A stretch of 64,000 bases of DNA from Nostoc sp. DedSLP01. Lineage in GTDB: Bacteria; Cyanobacteriota; Cyanobacteriia; Cyanobacteriales; Nostocaceae. Made by a program: the position numbers and the translations under genes. The DNA lies in NCBI GenBank assembly GCA_034530875.2, contig JAVRCJ020000012.1:152366-216365 (forward strand), written 5' to 3'. Of the stretch, positions 10,910-21,376 are shown piece after piece (within the stretch, counting starts at the first letter, position 1; each line of letters begins with the position of its first letter). Below the pieces are notes generated by a model. It worked only from the letters and a program-made list of their open reading frames with translations. It had not been told where the DNA came from and did not search any database.

Positions 10910-11884
10910 TTAATTTCTCGCTGTGGGATTTGCTTGTAACCAGTTAAGTAAATCCTCAATCGCTGTAAAATCTAATAAAGCCTCTGCCAGTGCTTCTAGC
11001 TGCTCTAGAGATAGAGCTTGAATGCGCGCTCGAACTTCTTCTGGGAACACTCCTACCCGTCTTTGTAGTTGCCGTAGCACAAGAGTTTGCTCACCTTCCT
11101 GTTTGCCTTCTTCCTTCCCACGCTCGTAACCAATGCGTTCGCCTGTGGTAATGTAGCTCATGGTCTGCTCCTGCTCAAATTGTTTAAACTCTTGCCAAAA
11201 TTCTGCTTCTAAGGCTTTTGGTAAAATCATAACCCAATCAATAAATCGATACAGGTTACGAATATCTGTTTCTGGCAAGCCTAATTCATACAAACGCCGA
11301 ATCAAACTAAATTTCCAAGTTTTACGTTCTCCAAGTTTTTTAGTTGTCTGTTGCGTTTTCAAATGCGCCATTACTACTGTTGCAAATGGGTTGTCGCTGG
11401 CTTCTAATTCTTGCCAACGGTTTTGATAATCTAAAAGCTTTACGATGCCAAATTGAAAGTTAAGCCTGGTATTAGGGTAACTATAACTATATTGGTTTGG
11501 TCGCCATGTCGGATCGGCATCGCACAAAATCGCCAAACTTATGGCAGGTTTACCAAATCTATCAAAAATTCGTAGGTTATAAGAAAACATTCTTTCGCTA
11601 AAAGTGTCTTCTGATGTGGCTTGAATTTCTACATGGATTAATAGCCAAATTTCTTGTCCTTGAGTTTGCCAAACTTTGACTAATTTATCTGCATATCGCC
11701 GACCAACTTCTGCTTCGCGGGCAATTTGTTGAAATTCCTTATCGAGAAATTCGTGAGGACGTTGCCAATTAATTAATGCTGCTGTTTCAGGAAAGAAAAA
11801 TCGCATTGCTTGAGGAAAGTAAGCTTCTAAAATCTCTTTCCAGGGGCTATCGTTGTCTGCTCTTTCTAGTTTTGACGAATTCAT
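10910..11884 (-). CDS. Rpn/YhgA-like PD-(D/E)xK protein with C-terminal DUF4351
   Basis: DSPWKEILE, FLDKEFQQI, ADKLVKV, LIHVEIQ motifs; C-terminal LSLEQLEALAEALLDF..DLLNWL. ATG at 11884 preferred over the ORF-track start. Confidence 0.8.
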   Translation of the reverse strand: MNSSKLERADNDSPWKEILEAYFPQAMRFFFPETAALINWQRPHEFLDKEFQQIAREAEVGRRYADKLVKVWQTQGQEIWLLIHVEIQATSEDTFSERMFSYNLRIFDRFGKPAISLAILCDADPTWRPNQYSYSYPNTRLNFQFGIVKLLDYQNRWQELEASDNPFATVVMAHLKTQQTTKKLGERKTWKFSLIRRLYELGLPETDIRNLYRFIDWVMILPKALEAEFWQEFKQFEQEQTMSYITTGERIGYERGKEEGKQEGEQTLVLRQLQRRVGVFPEEVRARIQALSLEQLEALAEALLDFTAIEDLLNWLQANPTARN

Positions 11885-12168
11885 ACTGGCGATGGTAATC
11901 AGCAATTATCAAAAAATTAATTATCAGAACTAATCCCACAAATGCCTACTGTATAAATTGTTTTTTTCGTTTTTTAGCGATACCTGCACATTGAGGTTTT
12001 AAAAGACGAAGGTCGGACTGTTTTAATTGAATTAGACGTCATATCGCCTATGTAAATTTCCGGAAATTTCTTCAAGATTTTTACAAAAACTCGTAATAAT
12101 CAGTAGAAGCAGGAGCCATCGCTCTCAAAAATAGCTGCAAAATCAAAATTTACCCAATTCCCAAGCCG

Positions 12169-12951
12169 CTAACTCGAAGCGCTGGTATAAAACCGCAACG
12201 CAAACCGCCAAAACCAAGTAGAAAACAAAAATAATACTGCTGCTAATCCTCCCGCACCTATTAACCAGGTAATTTCAGTTCGACCTAGCATCGCTTGGGC
12301 TGGTATTGTAGTTAAAAAAGTCACTGGTACGATAAACGTGAAGAAAAAGCGATACATAGTTGGATAAGCTGTAATTGGATATCTTCCTGCTTCTAATAAA
12401 CTACGTAATACTTCAGTGACATTGTATATTTTTACAAACCAAATAGTCATGGAGCCAAGTATAAACCACAGGCTATATAGGATCGCCAAGCCAAAAAATA
12501 ACGGTACTAAACTGAGTAGATATTTATCTATTCCTATGCTGAGACGTTGACCTGCATAGCCAATGATGATGCAGCCAAAAATTAAATCCGGTAGTCCCCA
12601 AGGTGAAATGGTGTGCGTGGAAAGCCAAAACTGACTGCGAATAGGTTTCAATAATATAAAATCAAGAGTACCTTCTCGGACATGGTGAACAATGTTATTC
12701 AAGTTAGGTGCGAGAAAGGTAGCAGAAAACCCTTGCAATAAAGTAAAAATTCCTAAAACTACTAAAGCTGCTTCCCATGACCAGCCAGCAAAGGTGTAGC
12801 CGGTACGGTAAAACAAAAATAGCCCAAAGACGCTGCCAACAAGATTTCCCAAGCTGCTGAGGGTAGCTATGAGAAAATTAATGCGATATTCCAACTCAGC
12901 TGCGATGGACGTACTCCAAAATAGTCTTAATACTTTCCAATATCTTTGCAT
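12169..12951 (-). CDS. ABC-2 family transporter permease (DUF990-like)
   Basis: Six hydrophobic segments; GTLDFILLKP, RYPITAYP and C-terminal YTSASS motifs. Confidence 0.85.
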   Translation of the reverse strand: MQRYWKVLRLFWSTSIAAELEYRINFLIATLSSLGNLVGSVFGLFLFYRTGYTFAGWSWEAALVVLGIFTLLQGFSATFLAPNLNNIVHHVREGTLDFILLKPIRSQFWLSTHTISPWGLPDLIFGCIIIGYAGQRLSIGIDKYLLSLVPLFFGLAILYSLWFILGSMTIWFVKIYNVTEVLRSLLEAGRYPITAYPTMYRFFFTFIVPVTFLTTIPAQAMLGRTEITWLIGAGGLAAVLFLFSTWFWRFALRFYTSASS

Positions 12952-13084
12952 CTTGCATCCTTTAAGTGATATCGACTAGAAAATAACAAAAGAACTTTAC
13001 AAAAATTTAATATTACTTTTTATTCTATAAAATTGCTGAACGTTAAGATGTTGTGGATCTATATATTCAAAGCTCAGAAATTTT

Positions 13085-13696
13085 ATGCATCTGGATTTAC
13101 AAGAACTGATTCGATCGCTTGGTTACTTTGGCGTGTGGGCAATTATCTTTGCTGAATCTGGCTTGTTAATTGGTTTTTTCCTGCCTGGGGATAGTTTATT
13201 ATTCACTGCTGGATTTCTCGCATCTGTTCCTACATCAGAACTTAACATTTGGGTTTTGATTTTTGGTGCTTTTGTTTGTGCAGTCATTGGCGATAATGTT
13301 GGCTATGCTACAGGACACAGATTTGGCAGAAAATTATTTCAAAAAGAAGATTCATGGTTGTTTCACAAAAAACATTTGGAAAAAACCCAGAATTTTTATG
13401 AGAAACATGGCAAAAAAACAATTGTTTTGGCGCGGTTTACACCAATTATTCGGACTTTTGCGCCGATTGTAGCAGGTATTGGTGCTATGCATTATCGAAC
13501 ATTTATGTCTTATAACTTAATCGGTGGCTTTCTTTGGACATTTGGAATCACTCTATTAGGGTTTTTCTTAGGAAAATCCTTACCTGCCGAACAGGTAGAT
13601 AAATATTTGTTACCAATTATTGGATTAATTATAGTTATTTCCTTAGCACCATCAATTATTCATCTTATCCAAGAAAATAGAGCTAGCAAACGTTGA
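13085..13696 (+). CDS. DedA family membrane protein
   Basis: FAESGLLIGFFLPGDSLLFTAG, GDNVGY and ARFTPIIRTFAP motifs. Confidence 0.93.
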   Translation: MHLDLQELIRSLGYFGVWAIIFAESGLLIGFFLPGDSLLFTAGFLASVPTSELNIWVLIFGAFVCAVIGDNVGYATGHRFGRKLFQKEDSWLFHKKHLEKTQNFYEKHGKKTIVLARFTPIIRTFAPIVAGIGAMHYRTFMSYNLIGGFLWTFGITLLGFFLGKSLPAEQVDKYLLPIIGLIIVISLAPSIIHLIQENRASKR

Positions 13697-13784
13697 AAAT
13701 ATGTAGAATTGAGAATTTAGGAGTCAGAAGTTAGATTCAAAATTAAAGGAAGCGTTTGGGTTTTTATACTACTGGCAAAATTCT

Positions 13785-14306
13785 ATGAATCTCTTAAACA
13801 TCAACCTCTACTTATTTCTAGAAAATCTGATTTTTTTCGTAATTGCTACACTTTTCATTCTGGTTGTTTCCTGGGGCTGGAAAAACACGAAGGTCTATAC
13901 TTTGCCTTTACCGTTTCCTGATTGGTATAAAATCTGGTTTGGCTCAATACAAGTATTAGGAATAGTATTGCCGTTAATAGTAATGCTATTGTGGGGTGTA
14001 TGGTGGGGCGATCGCACCGTGTTAACTGTGCTTGGTTGGTATTCTATCGTATTAGTGTTGCAAATCATTTCTGAGACACTAGCTCTGAGAAAGTTGCAAA
14101 ATGTAGTGTGGGTGATGGTTCCTTACATATACTTACCGTACCGTTTCTGGCAATTATATGAGAGTTTAACAATTTTAGGATCTCAAACGAAATTGCTGTG
14201 GGTGCGATATTTGCTAATTTTTCTGTTGGTGCTGTGGATTATCAATTACCTTATAGACGTATCTCAATTACCACGCCTGTTTCGCTGGGAAATCGAGGAG
14301 AAATAA
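13785..14306 (+). CDS. Hypothetical multi-pass membrane protein
   Basis: 173-aa ORF with about five hydrophobic helices, co-oriented with its neighbours. Confidence 0.7.
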   Translation: MNLLNINLYLFLENLIFFVIATLFILVVSWGWKNTKVYTLPLPFPDWYKIWFGSIQVLGIVLPLIVMLLWGVWWGDRTVLTVLGWYSIVLVLQIISETLALRKLQNVVWVMVPYIYLPYRFWQLYESLTILGSQTKLLWVRYLLIFLLVLWIINYLIDVSQLPRLFRWEIEEK

Positions 14307-14314
14307 ACATGAGG

Positions 14315-14465
14315 GGAACCAGGGAGTGTGGGAGGTGTGGGAGGTGTGGGGGGTGTGGGAGGTATGGGAGGATGGGGAAGAAATCTTTCCTCCCTCTCTC
14401 CCCACACTCCCCACACTTCCTCATGTCCCCCTCTCTCCCCATCTCCCCACCTCCCGACTCCCTTT
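14315..14465. repeat. Inverted purine/pyrimidine 9-mer repeat tract (GGGAGGTGT ... ACACTCCCC)
   Basis: Tandem GGGAGGTGT-like units followed by complementary CCCCACACT-like units; explains spurious overlapping ORFs. Confidence 0.8.
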
Positions 14466-14533
14466 CCAGCGGTCAGAAACTCTCAAAACCTGATAGCGTC
14501 AAACAAAGGAAAATATCTTCTGGACGTTAGAGT

Positions 14534-16273
14534 TTGAAAACGCCTTTTAATTACAAGCTACTGCTACCTTATATCCGACCTCAGTGGCGAACTATCACTA
14601 AGGGATTTATTGGCGTTTTTGGTTACGTACTGGGAACATTAGTCTTAATTAATCTTGCTGGCAAATTGGCAATTCCCTTCGGACAAGGTAATGTAGTAGC
14701 GATCGTCCAAATCACTGGGATCTGTGCCTTAATCTTTCTTGTGAGAAGCTTGTTTGAGTCTTTACAAGATATGTACATGGCGAAAGCTGCTTTAAAAGTT
14801 GCTTTTCATCTCCGTCAAGAAGTCTACACGCATCTTCAAAAGCTAAATCTCAGTTATTTTGAAACGGCAAAAGCTGGTGATTTATCTTACCGCCTCACGG
14901 AAGATGTTGACCGAGTTGGTGAACTGGTAAATAAAATTTTTCACGATTTTATTCCCTCTGTTTTGCAGTTGCTAGCAATTCTGATTTATATGATTTATCT
15001 GAATTGGCAACTGACACTAGTAACTGCCATAATTGCACCACCAATAGCTATTTTAATCAGTTGGTTTGGTGAAAGGTTAAGCAAGTATTCTCTGAAAACT
15101 CCAAATCAGGTGTCTGGTTTATCTGCGATTTTCTCGGAAGTGATTAATGGTATTCGTTTGGTACAAGCTTTTGCAGCAGAAAACTACGAAATTGCCCGCT
15201 TTGGCTACGAAGCAGAACGCAGTCTGAAAGCAAAATATTCAGGACAGCGTTTAAAAGTAATTCGCGTTCCTATTGTGGGATTTTTGGAAGTCTCCACTGT
15301 ATTATCTTTGCTTTTAGTGGGAGCGTGGCAAATTTCTCAAGACAATTTAACAGTAGCTAATTTTTTCAGTTATCTGGCGGCAGTGGTGCTGTTAATTGAC
15401 CCCATTAGTCATATAACTAAGAACTACAATAAATTTAGGCAGCGCGAAGTATCTATTAGCCGGGTTTTTGAGTTGATGGCAATTCAACCGACAGCGATAG
15501 AAAAGTCTTATGCTATCGCTCTACCTCCAGTCAAAGGTGGAATAGAATATTGTGATGTTGCTTTGGGCTATCAACCAGGCGAACCCATATTAAAAGATAT
15601 CACTTTATCGGTCTTGCCCGGTGAAGCGATCGCTCTTGTGGGTAATTCTCATACTGCTAAAACCGTATTTGTGAATCTCTTACCCCGCTTGTACGATCCT
15701 GAAGCTGGTCAAATCTTAATTGACGGATTTGATATTCGCAATGTTAAGTTAAATAGTCTACGGCGACAAATTGGTATTATTCCCCAAGAAACCATTATGT
15801 TTTCTGGGACAATTGCCCAAAATATCGCTTTTGGGCAAGACTTTTTCGATATCGAAGCAGTGAAAGCAGCCGCGAAAATTGCTAATGCCCATGAATTTAT
15901 TAGTGCATTACCAGAAGATTATCGTACTTGGGTGGGCGAACGTGGGGTAAACTTATCACTAGGACAAAGACAAAGAATTGCGATCGCTCGTGCTGCTCTC
16001 CTCAAACCAAAAATTTTGATTCTCGATGAAGCCACATCTGCATTAGATTCCGAGTCTGAAACTTTGGTACAGGAAGCTTTAGAAAGACTGATGAAAAACC
16101 GAACAGTGTTTGTTATTGCTCATCGTTTATCAACAGTTAAAAGGTGCGATCGTATTTTAGTTCTCGAAGAAGGACAAATTATCGAATCAGGAACCCACGA
16201 AGAATTATTAGCTTTAGAAGGTCGCTATGCCCAATTTTATGTTCAACAATTGATAACAGAGAACAGGCAATAA
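14534..16273 (+). CDS. MsbA-like ABC exporter (TMD+NBD) with non-canonical Walker A and signature motif
   Basis: Six-TM domain plus NBD; Walker A reads GNSHTAKT, signature LSLGQRQR; Walker B ILILDEATSALD and H-loop IAHRLST intact. Confidence 0.88.
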   Translation: MKTPFNYKLLLPYIRPQWRTITKGFIGVFGYVLGTLVLINLAGKLAIPFGQGNVVAIVQITGICALIFLVRSLFESLQDMYMAKAALKVAFHLRQEVYTHLQKLNLSYFETAKAGDLSYRLTEDVDRVGELVNKIFHDFIPSVLQLLAILIYMIYLNWQLTLVTAIIAPPIAILISWFGERLSKYSLKTPNQVSGLSAIFSEVINGIRLVQAFAAENYEIARFGYEAERSLKAKYSGQRLKVIRVPIVGFLEVSTVLSLLLVGAWQISQDNLTVANFFSYLAAVVLLIDPISHITKNYNKFRQREVSISRVFELMAIQPTAIEKSYAIALPPVKGGIEYCDVALGYQPGEPILKDITLSVLPGEAIALVGNSHTAKTVFVNLLPRLYDPEAGQILIDGFDIRNVKLNSLRRQIGIIPQETIMFSGTIAQNIAFGQDFFDIEAVKAAAKIANAHEFISALPEDYRTWVGERGVNLSLGQRQRIAIARAALLKPKILILDEATSALDSESETLVQEALERLMKNRTVFVIAHRLSTVKRCDRILVLEEGQIIESGTHEELLALEGRYAQFYVQQLITENRQ

Positions 16274-16546
16274 GTGGCTTCCAAGAAATAAAATTAAAAG
16301 CGAAAAATTTAGTCTTTGAGATATCAAATCAAATCCGGCTAATTATACCAATTTGAAAAAAGAATATGACAGACGTTAGGGGCGCAAAGCTTTGCGTCCT
16401 ACAGATTTTTGATGTCTAGCAAAGAATATTTGAAATGGTATTTAAATACGTATTTTTTATGTAGCACTTTTTATAAGTGTGCTATAAATGTATCGTTAGT
16501 CGGTTTAAGCGACTAAGTTTATGCTTTTTTTAAGTCCCTAATATCT

Positions 16547-17785
16547 ATGAAAAATAACTTCACACAATATCTTTTGATCGGCATACTATTAGCAAGTTTT
16601 ATCTCTTGTTTATTAACAAAAAATATTGAGATATTTTTAAGCATTTTGTGGATTGTAATTTATATTCTCATCTTTTGTGGATTTACTTATATTGATACTA
16701 TTATTCATGAATTTGGCCATGCGATCGCAGGTTGGATTGTCAACATTCCCATCAAAAAAATTACCATCGGCTTCGGACACAATATTTTTAAATATAAATT
16801 CAATGAAACAACTATACTGATTAACCAAGGACTACAAGGTGGTTTAACTTATCCTGGAACATTTTCCCCTGATTTCTTACGACTACGCTATTTTTTCTTC
16901 ACCTTAGGGGGAGTCGCATTGCAGATGGTAGCAATGGCATTGGTCATGGTTATTATTTCAGCGATAAAAAGTATTTATCCACTAGCTTTAAACAATACTT
17001 CTCTATTTTTGACAATAGTAAATATTTTTTTATTTTCTAATTTTGTTTTGATTCTTTTTAACCTGCTACCCTTCAAGGTAAATATGATGGGAGTTTCCAT
17101 GCCTAACGATGGCTTACAGCTTCTAACCATATTTTTCATGAATCAACAGAAGATCCAAGAAATTTTATTGTCCGGTAAGATTATAGAAGGAATGGAATAT
17201 CTAGAAGAAAAAAACTTTCAAAAAGCCGAATTAATTTTTCGCGAATGTATTGTTAATTACTCTACATATTTAGTTCCTAAAATAAATCTTTCCGTGGCGT
17301 TAATCCGTCAACAAAAACTTGATGAGGCGATCGCATTACTATCCAAACTTATAATAGAATCAGAAAAAAATCCATTGCAATTATTTATTTTTAATAATTT
17401 AGCTTGGAGTTATTTACTTAAAGGAGTGAATCAACGAGAGTTTCTTAATTTAGCCGATGATTATTCTGCACAAGCGATTAAGCTCAATAATCAACATATT
17501 TATGTTGTTGGTACAAGAGCCTGTGTGTTAATTGAAATTGGAAAGGTTGATGAAGGCATTAACCTTTTAAAAGGTCGCATTAGTCTTAATCAAGCTATTA
17601 ATGAGGCTACAAACTCGGTGATTGGCTTTTTATATTTAGCCTATGCTTATTATCTCAAAGGTAATCAACAACAATCTCAAAAATATTGGCAAAAAATCAA
17701 CAATAATGAAGATTTGAAATCCAGCGAATATAGGCTATTATTTGACCATATTTTAGATAAAACGAATTACTTTACAATGCTATAG
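16547..17785 (+). CDS. Site-2 protease (peptidase M50) fused to TPR repeats
   Basis: HEFGH zinc motif and FNLLP..PNDG motif in the TM region; C-terminal TPR-like helices (NNLAWSYL). Confidence 0.85.
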   Translation: MKNNFTQYLLIGILLASFISCLLTKNIEIFLSILWIVIYILIFCGFTYIDTIIHEFGHAIAGWIVNIPIKKITIGFGHNIFKYKFNETTILINQGLQGGLTYPGTFSPDFLRLRYFFFTLGGVALQMVAMALVMVIISAIKSIYPLALNNTSLFLTIVNIFLFSNFVLILFNLLPFKVNMMGVSMPNDGLQLLTIFFMNQQKIQEILLSGKIIEGMEYLEEKNFQKAELIFRECIVNYSTYLVPKINLSVALIRQQKLDEAIALLSKLIIESEKNPLQLFIFNNLAWSYLLKGVNQREFLNLADDYSAQAIKLNNQHIYVVGTRACVLIEIGKVDEGINLLKGRISLNQAINEATNSVIGFLYLAYAYYLKGNQQQSQKYWQKINNNEDLKSSEYRLLFDHILDKTNYFTML

Positions 17786-17817
17786 ACATGATATTATTCT
17801 GAATTCAGAATTCCTGT

Positions 17818-18996
17818 TTATTGTTTTAACATCATTTTTGCAAAAATAATTTCGTTCACAATATCCATCACATCATTGACTACATCTTCCGCTGTTGATG
17901 CATCGTTAATATATTGATTCACTGACTTAAATTTTTCCGGTGATATATTTCCCATTAATTTGCTATCCCAATTTTGCAGCATTTCGTCGAACACTTTTTT
18001 AGCATCGCCATTAGTACATACAATAGGAACCACGGGAATTTTTTCTTGTTTAGCACACAGATAAGTCTCATAAGTTCCACCAGCACCTCCCACGAGAATA
18101 ACTAAATCTGAATGTCGCAAACAACCAAGCCATTCATTAATGCCTGGTTCCGTGTATTCGACATTTCCACCTTTAAATACAGGTTGTTTTCCTTGGGGAA
18201 CAATATGTGTTAACTTCTCAGTGAGACGTAAATTTTTCTGCGCGATTTTTTGTGCAAAATTATCAGCTACAACATAATCTACTCCCTCCCATCCACCTGT
18301 GATTAAGTTATAGTTAGATTCTGCTATTTTTTCCCCAAGTTTTTGAGCGCACCAATTGACTTCATTAGGAATATTAAAGCTTCCTGTGCCAGCAACTAAA
18401 ATGCTCTTTTTACTTCTGAGTTGAACGGCATCATTTTGAATAGTAGTAGTAAGCTGATTAATAAATGCACTAAAGTTATTAATTGGATCGATGCTTAGTT
18501 TATCTGAAATAAAAAACATGAATTCATCAAAATTCAGAGAAATATCTATAATTTTTGCAGCAACATTATACATTGCTGAATTTTCATGAGAAGACAGTTC
18601 AGAACTGATGAGTTTCTCTGTTTTTTCTCTCTGTTCCTTCCAGTATTTTATATACTCGCTCTTTCCTTCTTTAGTATAAATATTGGCATCTTGCAAAACA
18701 ACAGGAAAAACTTTTTGCTCGTAATCCTTGTGCTTCATGATTTCAACAGCTTCAAACATGCAGTATTCAGATCGCAAATATTTGTCGCTGACTACAATAA
18801 TTACATAATTACCACGCCCGATTTCCTGCATGAAGTTTCTTATACTCTTACCGAGTGTCAAGTGGTTGCGATCTCGAATTAAGTTGTAACGTTCAGCAAT
18901 AAGTACTTCACAAATCTTATCGACTAATTCTTCGCGCTGACTACCTAATTCACTGTTGTTATCTTTCCATGCATAGGATATATATATTTCATTCAT
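17818..18996 (-). CDS. TIR domain - SLOG (LOG-like) domain fusion protein
   Basis: N-terminal IYISYAW and SDKYLRSEYCMFE (TIR with putative catalytic Glu); C-terminal LITGGWEGVD and VGGAGGTYETY (LOG/SLOG GGxGTxxE-like). Confidence 0.82.
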   Translation of the reverse strand: MNEIYISYAWKDNNSELGSQREELVDKICEVLIAERYNLIRDRNHLTLGKSIRNFMQEIGRGNYVIIVVSDKYLRSEYCMFEAVEIMKHKDYEQKVFPVVLQDANIYTKEGKSEYIKYWKEQREKTEKLISSELSSHENSAMYNVAAKIIDISLNFDEFMFFISDKLSIDPINNFSAFINQLTTTIQNDAVQLRSKKSILVAGTGSFNIPNEVNWCAQKLGEKIAESNYNLITGGWEGVDYVVADNFAQKIAQKNLRLTEKLTHIVPQGKQPVFKGGNVEYTEPGINEWLGCLRHSDLVILVGGAGGTYETYLCAKQEKIPVVPIVCTNGDAKKVFDEMLQNWDSKLMGNISPEKFKSVNQYINDASTAEDVVNDVMDIVNEIIFAKMMLKQ

Positions 18997-19256
18997 ATTT
19001 TTTAATATTTATAAAATTCCAAGTAATTACGCATTCAATTGTATATATAGAGACTTTGAATGGCAACGTCTGTAATTCGGAATTTCTAAATAAACAATAT
19101 TTAACTTTGCTTGTGGGGTGGGCGTAAGAAAGGGCGGACAAGATGTCCACCCCGCAAGATTGGATAAATTATTTGTTGGTAATCCCTTAGATTATTAGTT
19201 ATGAGAAGTACAGCAGTTTTAATTCTGTTGCTATGAAAAAAATAGCGTTGATTTGA

Positions 19257-20714
19257 CTATTGCCGAGATTGAATTCGCTGTACCAAATCATAAAAAGGTT
19301 GCCAATTATCTTCTTGAACGATTGGTTCCCAAATCGATTCAATTACAGGTCTTAACAATGCTGTTTTGGGATTATGGAAAGCTAGAGTTTGGGCGATTGT
19401 GTCTAGGCGATCGCCATCTAAATCGTTCAAGATTGTATGATATAATATACACCAGTCATCAAAAATTCCTGACGCTCCTGGTGCCGGCACAATATCAGAA
19501 TTATTCATCACCAAAGCTGGTTCATCTCGCCATTTAGATGAAAATGTGCGAGCCATCTCATAAAAAAATTCGTGATAACCAACTTTGCTATTTGCCAAAA
19601 ATTCAATTGTTAATTTCAAAAGTTCCTTTGCCTGGGGATTTGGTAAATCTACAAAACCCAATTTTTTCAGCATTAAACAATCGTATTCTGCCTGATAATA
19701 CTCATTAAATTTTGATAATCCAGACTTCAAATCGTCTTTATGAATAAGCGCCTTGAAAGGTTCCTGGAGCAATTCTAAATTTAACTCGCAAACGCTTGGC
19801 TGATGAATATAACAATAGCGTCCGTAATAATCAAAGTATGCAGCTATAAAGTATGGGTTATAGTGAGGAATAAACGCATAAGGTCCGTAATCAAAACTCT
19901 CTCCCGTAATCGACATATTGTCAGTATTGAGAACTGCATGACAAAAACCCGCAGCCATCCACTGTGCTGCTAGTTCTGCCACTCTTTTAACTAATTCAGC
20001 ATAAAATAAAGCATACTTATCTTCTTCATCTTCCAAGTGTTGATAGTATTCTTTGATTACGTGGTTTAACAGTTTTTTAATTAAATCTGGACGTTGCAAA
20101 TAGTGCAAACGCTCAAAAGTACCAAAGCGAATATGAGAATTACTCATTCTCACCATTACAGACGAACGAGTGGGCGAAGGTTCATCTCCCCGCCACAGCG
20201 ATAAACCTGTTTCAATCATGCTGAGACAGCGCGAAGTACGCACACCTAAGTGATGCAGTGCTTCCGCAGCTAAAACTTCCCGCACTCCACCTTTAAGCGT
20301 CAGTAAACCGTCGCCACCGCGAGAATAAGGCGTTCTCCCAGAACCTTTTGTACCAAAATCGTATAATTTACCATCAGTGCCGCGTACTTGTCCGTAGAGG
20401 AAGCCTCTACCATCACCTAATTGTGGATTATATTCACCAAATTGATAGCCGTGGTAACGCATCGCCAAAAATGGTTGGCGTCCCTCAAATTTACCAAAAG
20501 CTGTGATGAAATCTTCATCTTTAACTAGTTGAGGATCCAAACCTAAACGCGGTAATAGCGCATCGTTACGCCAACGCAAGATGTGTTCGGGAAATTCTTC
20601 TGCTGCAACCTCATCATAGTAGTCATCGCCTAGAGATTCTAAGGCGCTTTCGTAGTTCAGGGAGAGAAAAGGATTACTAGAACTTTTGTCGTTTGAAGTT
20701 TGGGCCAGAGTCAT
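19257..20714 (-). CDS. selO: Protein adenylyltransferase SelO (YdiU family)
   Basis: [38 protein letters not shown] and DYGPY motifs. Confidence 0.93.
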   Translation of the reverse strand: MTLAQTSNDKSSSNPFLSLNYESALESLGDDYYDEVAAEEFPEHILRWRNDALLPRLGLDPQLVKDEDFITAFGKFEGRQPFLAMRYHGYQFGEYNPQLGDGRGFLYGQVRGTDGKLYDFGTKGSGRTPYSRGGDGLLTLKGGVREVLAAEALHHLGVRTSRCLSMIETGLSLWRGDEPSPTRSSVMVRMSNSHIRFGTFERLHYLQRPDLIKKLLNHVIKEYYQHLEDEEDKYALFYAELVKRVAELAAQWMAAGFCHAVLNTDNMSITGESFDYGPYAFIPHYNPYFIAAYFDYYGRYCYIHQPSVCELNLELLQEPFKALIHKDDLKSGLSKFNEYYQAEYDCLMLKKLGFVDLPNPQAKELLKLTIEFLANSKVGYHEFFYEMARTFSSKWRDEPALVMNNSDIVPAPGASGIFDDWCILYHTILNDLDGDRLDTIAQTLAFHNPKTALLRPVIESIWEPIVQEDNWQPFYDLVQRIQSRQ

Positions 20715-20800
20715 TACAAGCAAAACTTAATTGATTCTTTCCTTTAATACTACCTCTGGCTTCAGCATCAGCATAGAGATATTCTCAATTACGAATTATC

Positions 20801-21376
20801 TTAAGATTTGGATTGTTGCCAATTAGGATTTATGAGACTTGTTAAAATATGATCTTCCCATTTTCCATTGATTAATAAATAATCTCTAGCGTATCCTTCA
20901 ATCACAAAACCGAGTCTTTTAAGCACATTGCCGCTGCGACGATTGTGAGGCATATAATTAGCCATCACCCGGTGAAAATTTAACTCTTGAAAGAGATATT
21001 GAATAGCTGCTTGTAGCCCTTCTGTCATATATCCTTGACCTTGCATTGTTTCAGCGAGGCCATATCCTACGTAACAAAAATGAGCAACTCCTCGAACAAA
21101 ATTACTAAAATTGATCGTCCCAATAATTACAGTGGGATTTTTTTTAGCAAAAATAAATAGCTTTAAGGATTGACCATTGAGAAATTCCAAAAAATTGTTC
21201 TCTATTTGATAGTACCAATACTCTTCAGTAAAAAATCCATCAGCCCAACGAGGGTAGAAGGGAGTAAAATATGTTTTGTTCTCTGTAAAGTATTTGATAA
21301 TTTCGGGTATATCTTCTTGAATCGCTGCTCGCAATAATAGGCGATCGCTTTTAATTAATGGCAGTTCTAATTTCAT
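20801..21376 (-). CDS. rimJ: RimJ-type ribosomal-protein N-acetyltransferase (GNAT)
   Basis: QGQGYMTEG, HRVMANYMPHNRRS and INGKWEDHILTSL motifs. Confidence 0.85.
   Translation of the reverse strand: MKLELPLIKSDRLLLRAAIQEDIPEIIKYFTENKTYFTPFYPRWADGFFTEEYWYYQIENNFLEFLNGQSLKLFIFAKKNPTVIIGTINFSNFVRGVAHFCYVGYGLAETMQGQGYMTEGLQAAIQYLFQELNFHRVMANYMPHNRRSGNVLKRLGFVIEGYARDYLLINGKWEDHILTSLINPNWQQSKS

Noticed and set aside
14198..14537. Three short ORFs with Cys/Gly/Pro repeats that resemble peptide precursors
   Set aside because: They are readings of an intergenic 9-mer inverted repeat tract.
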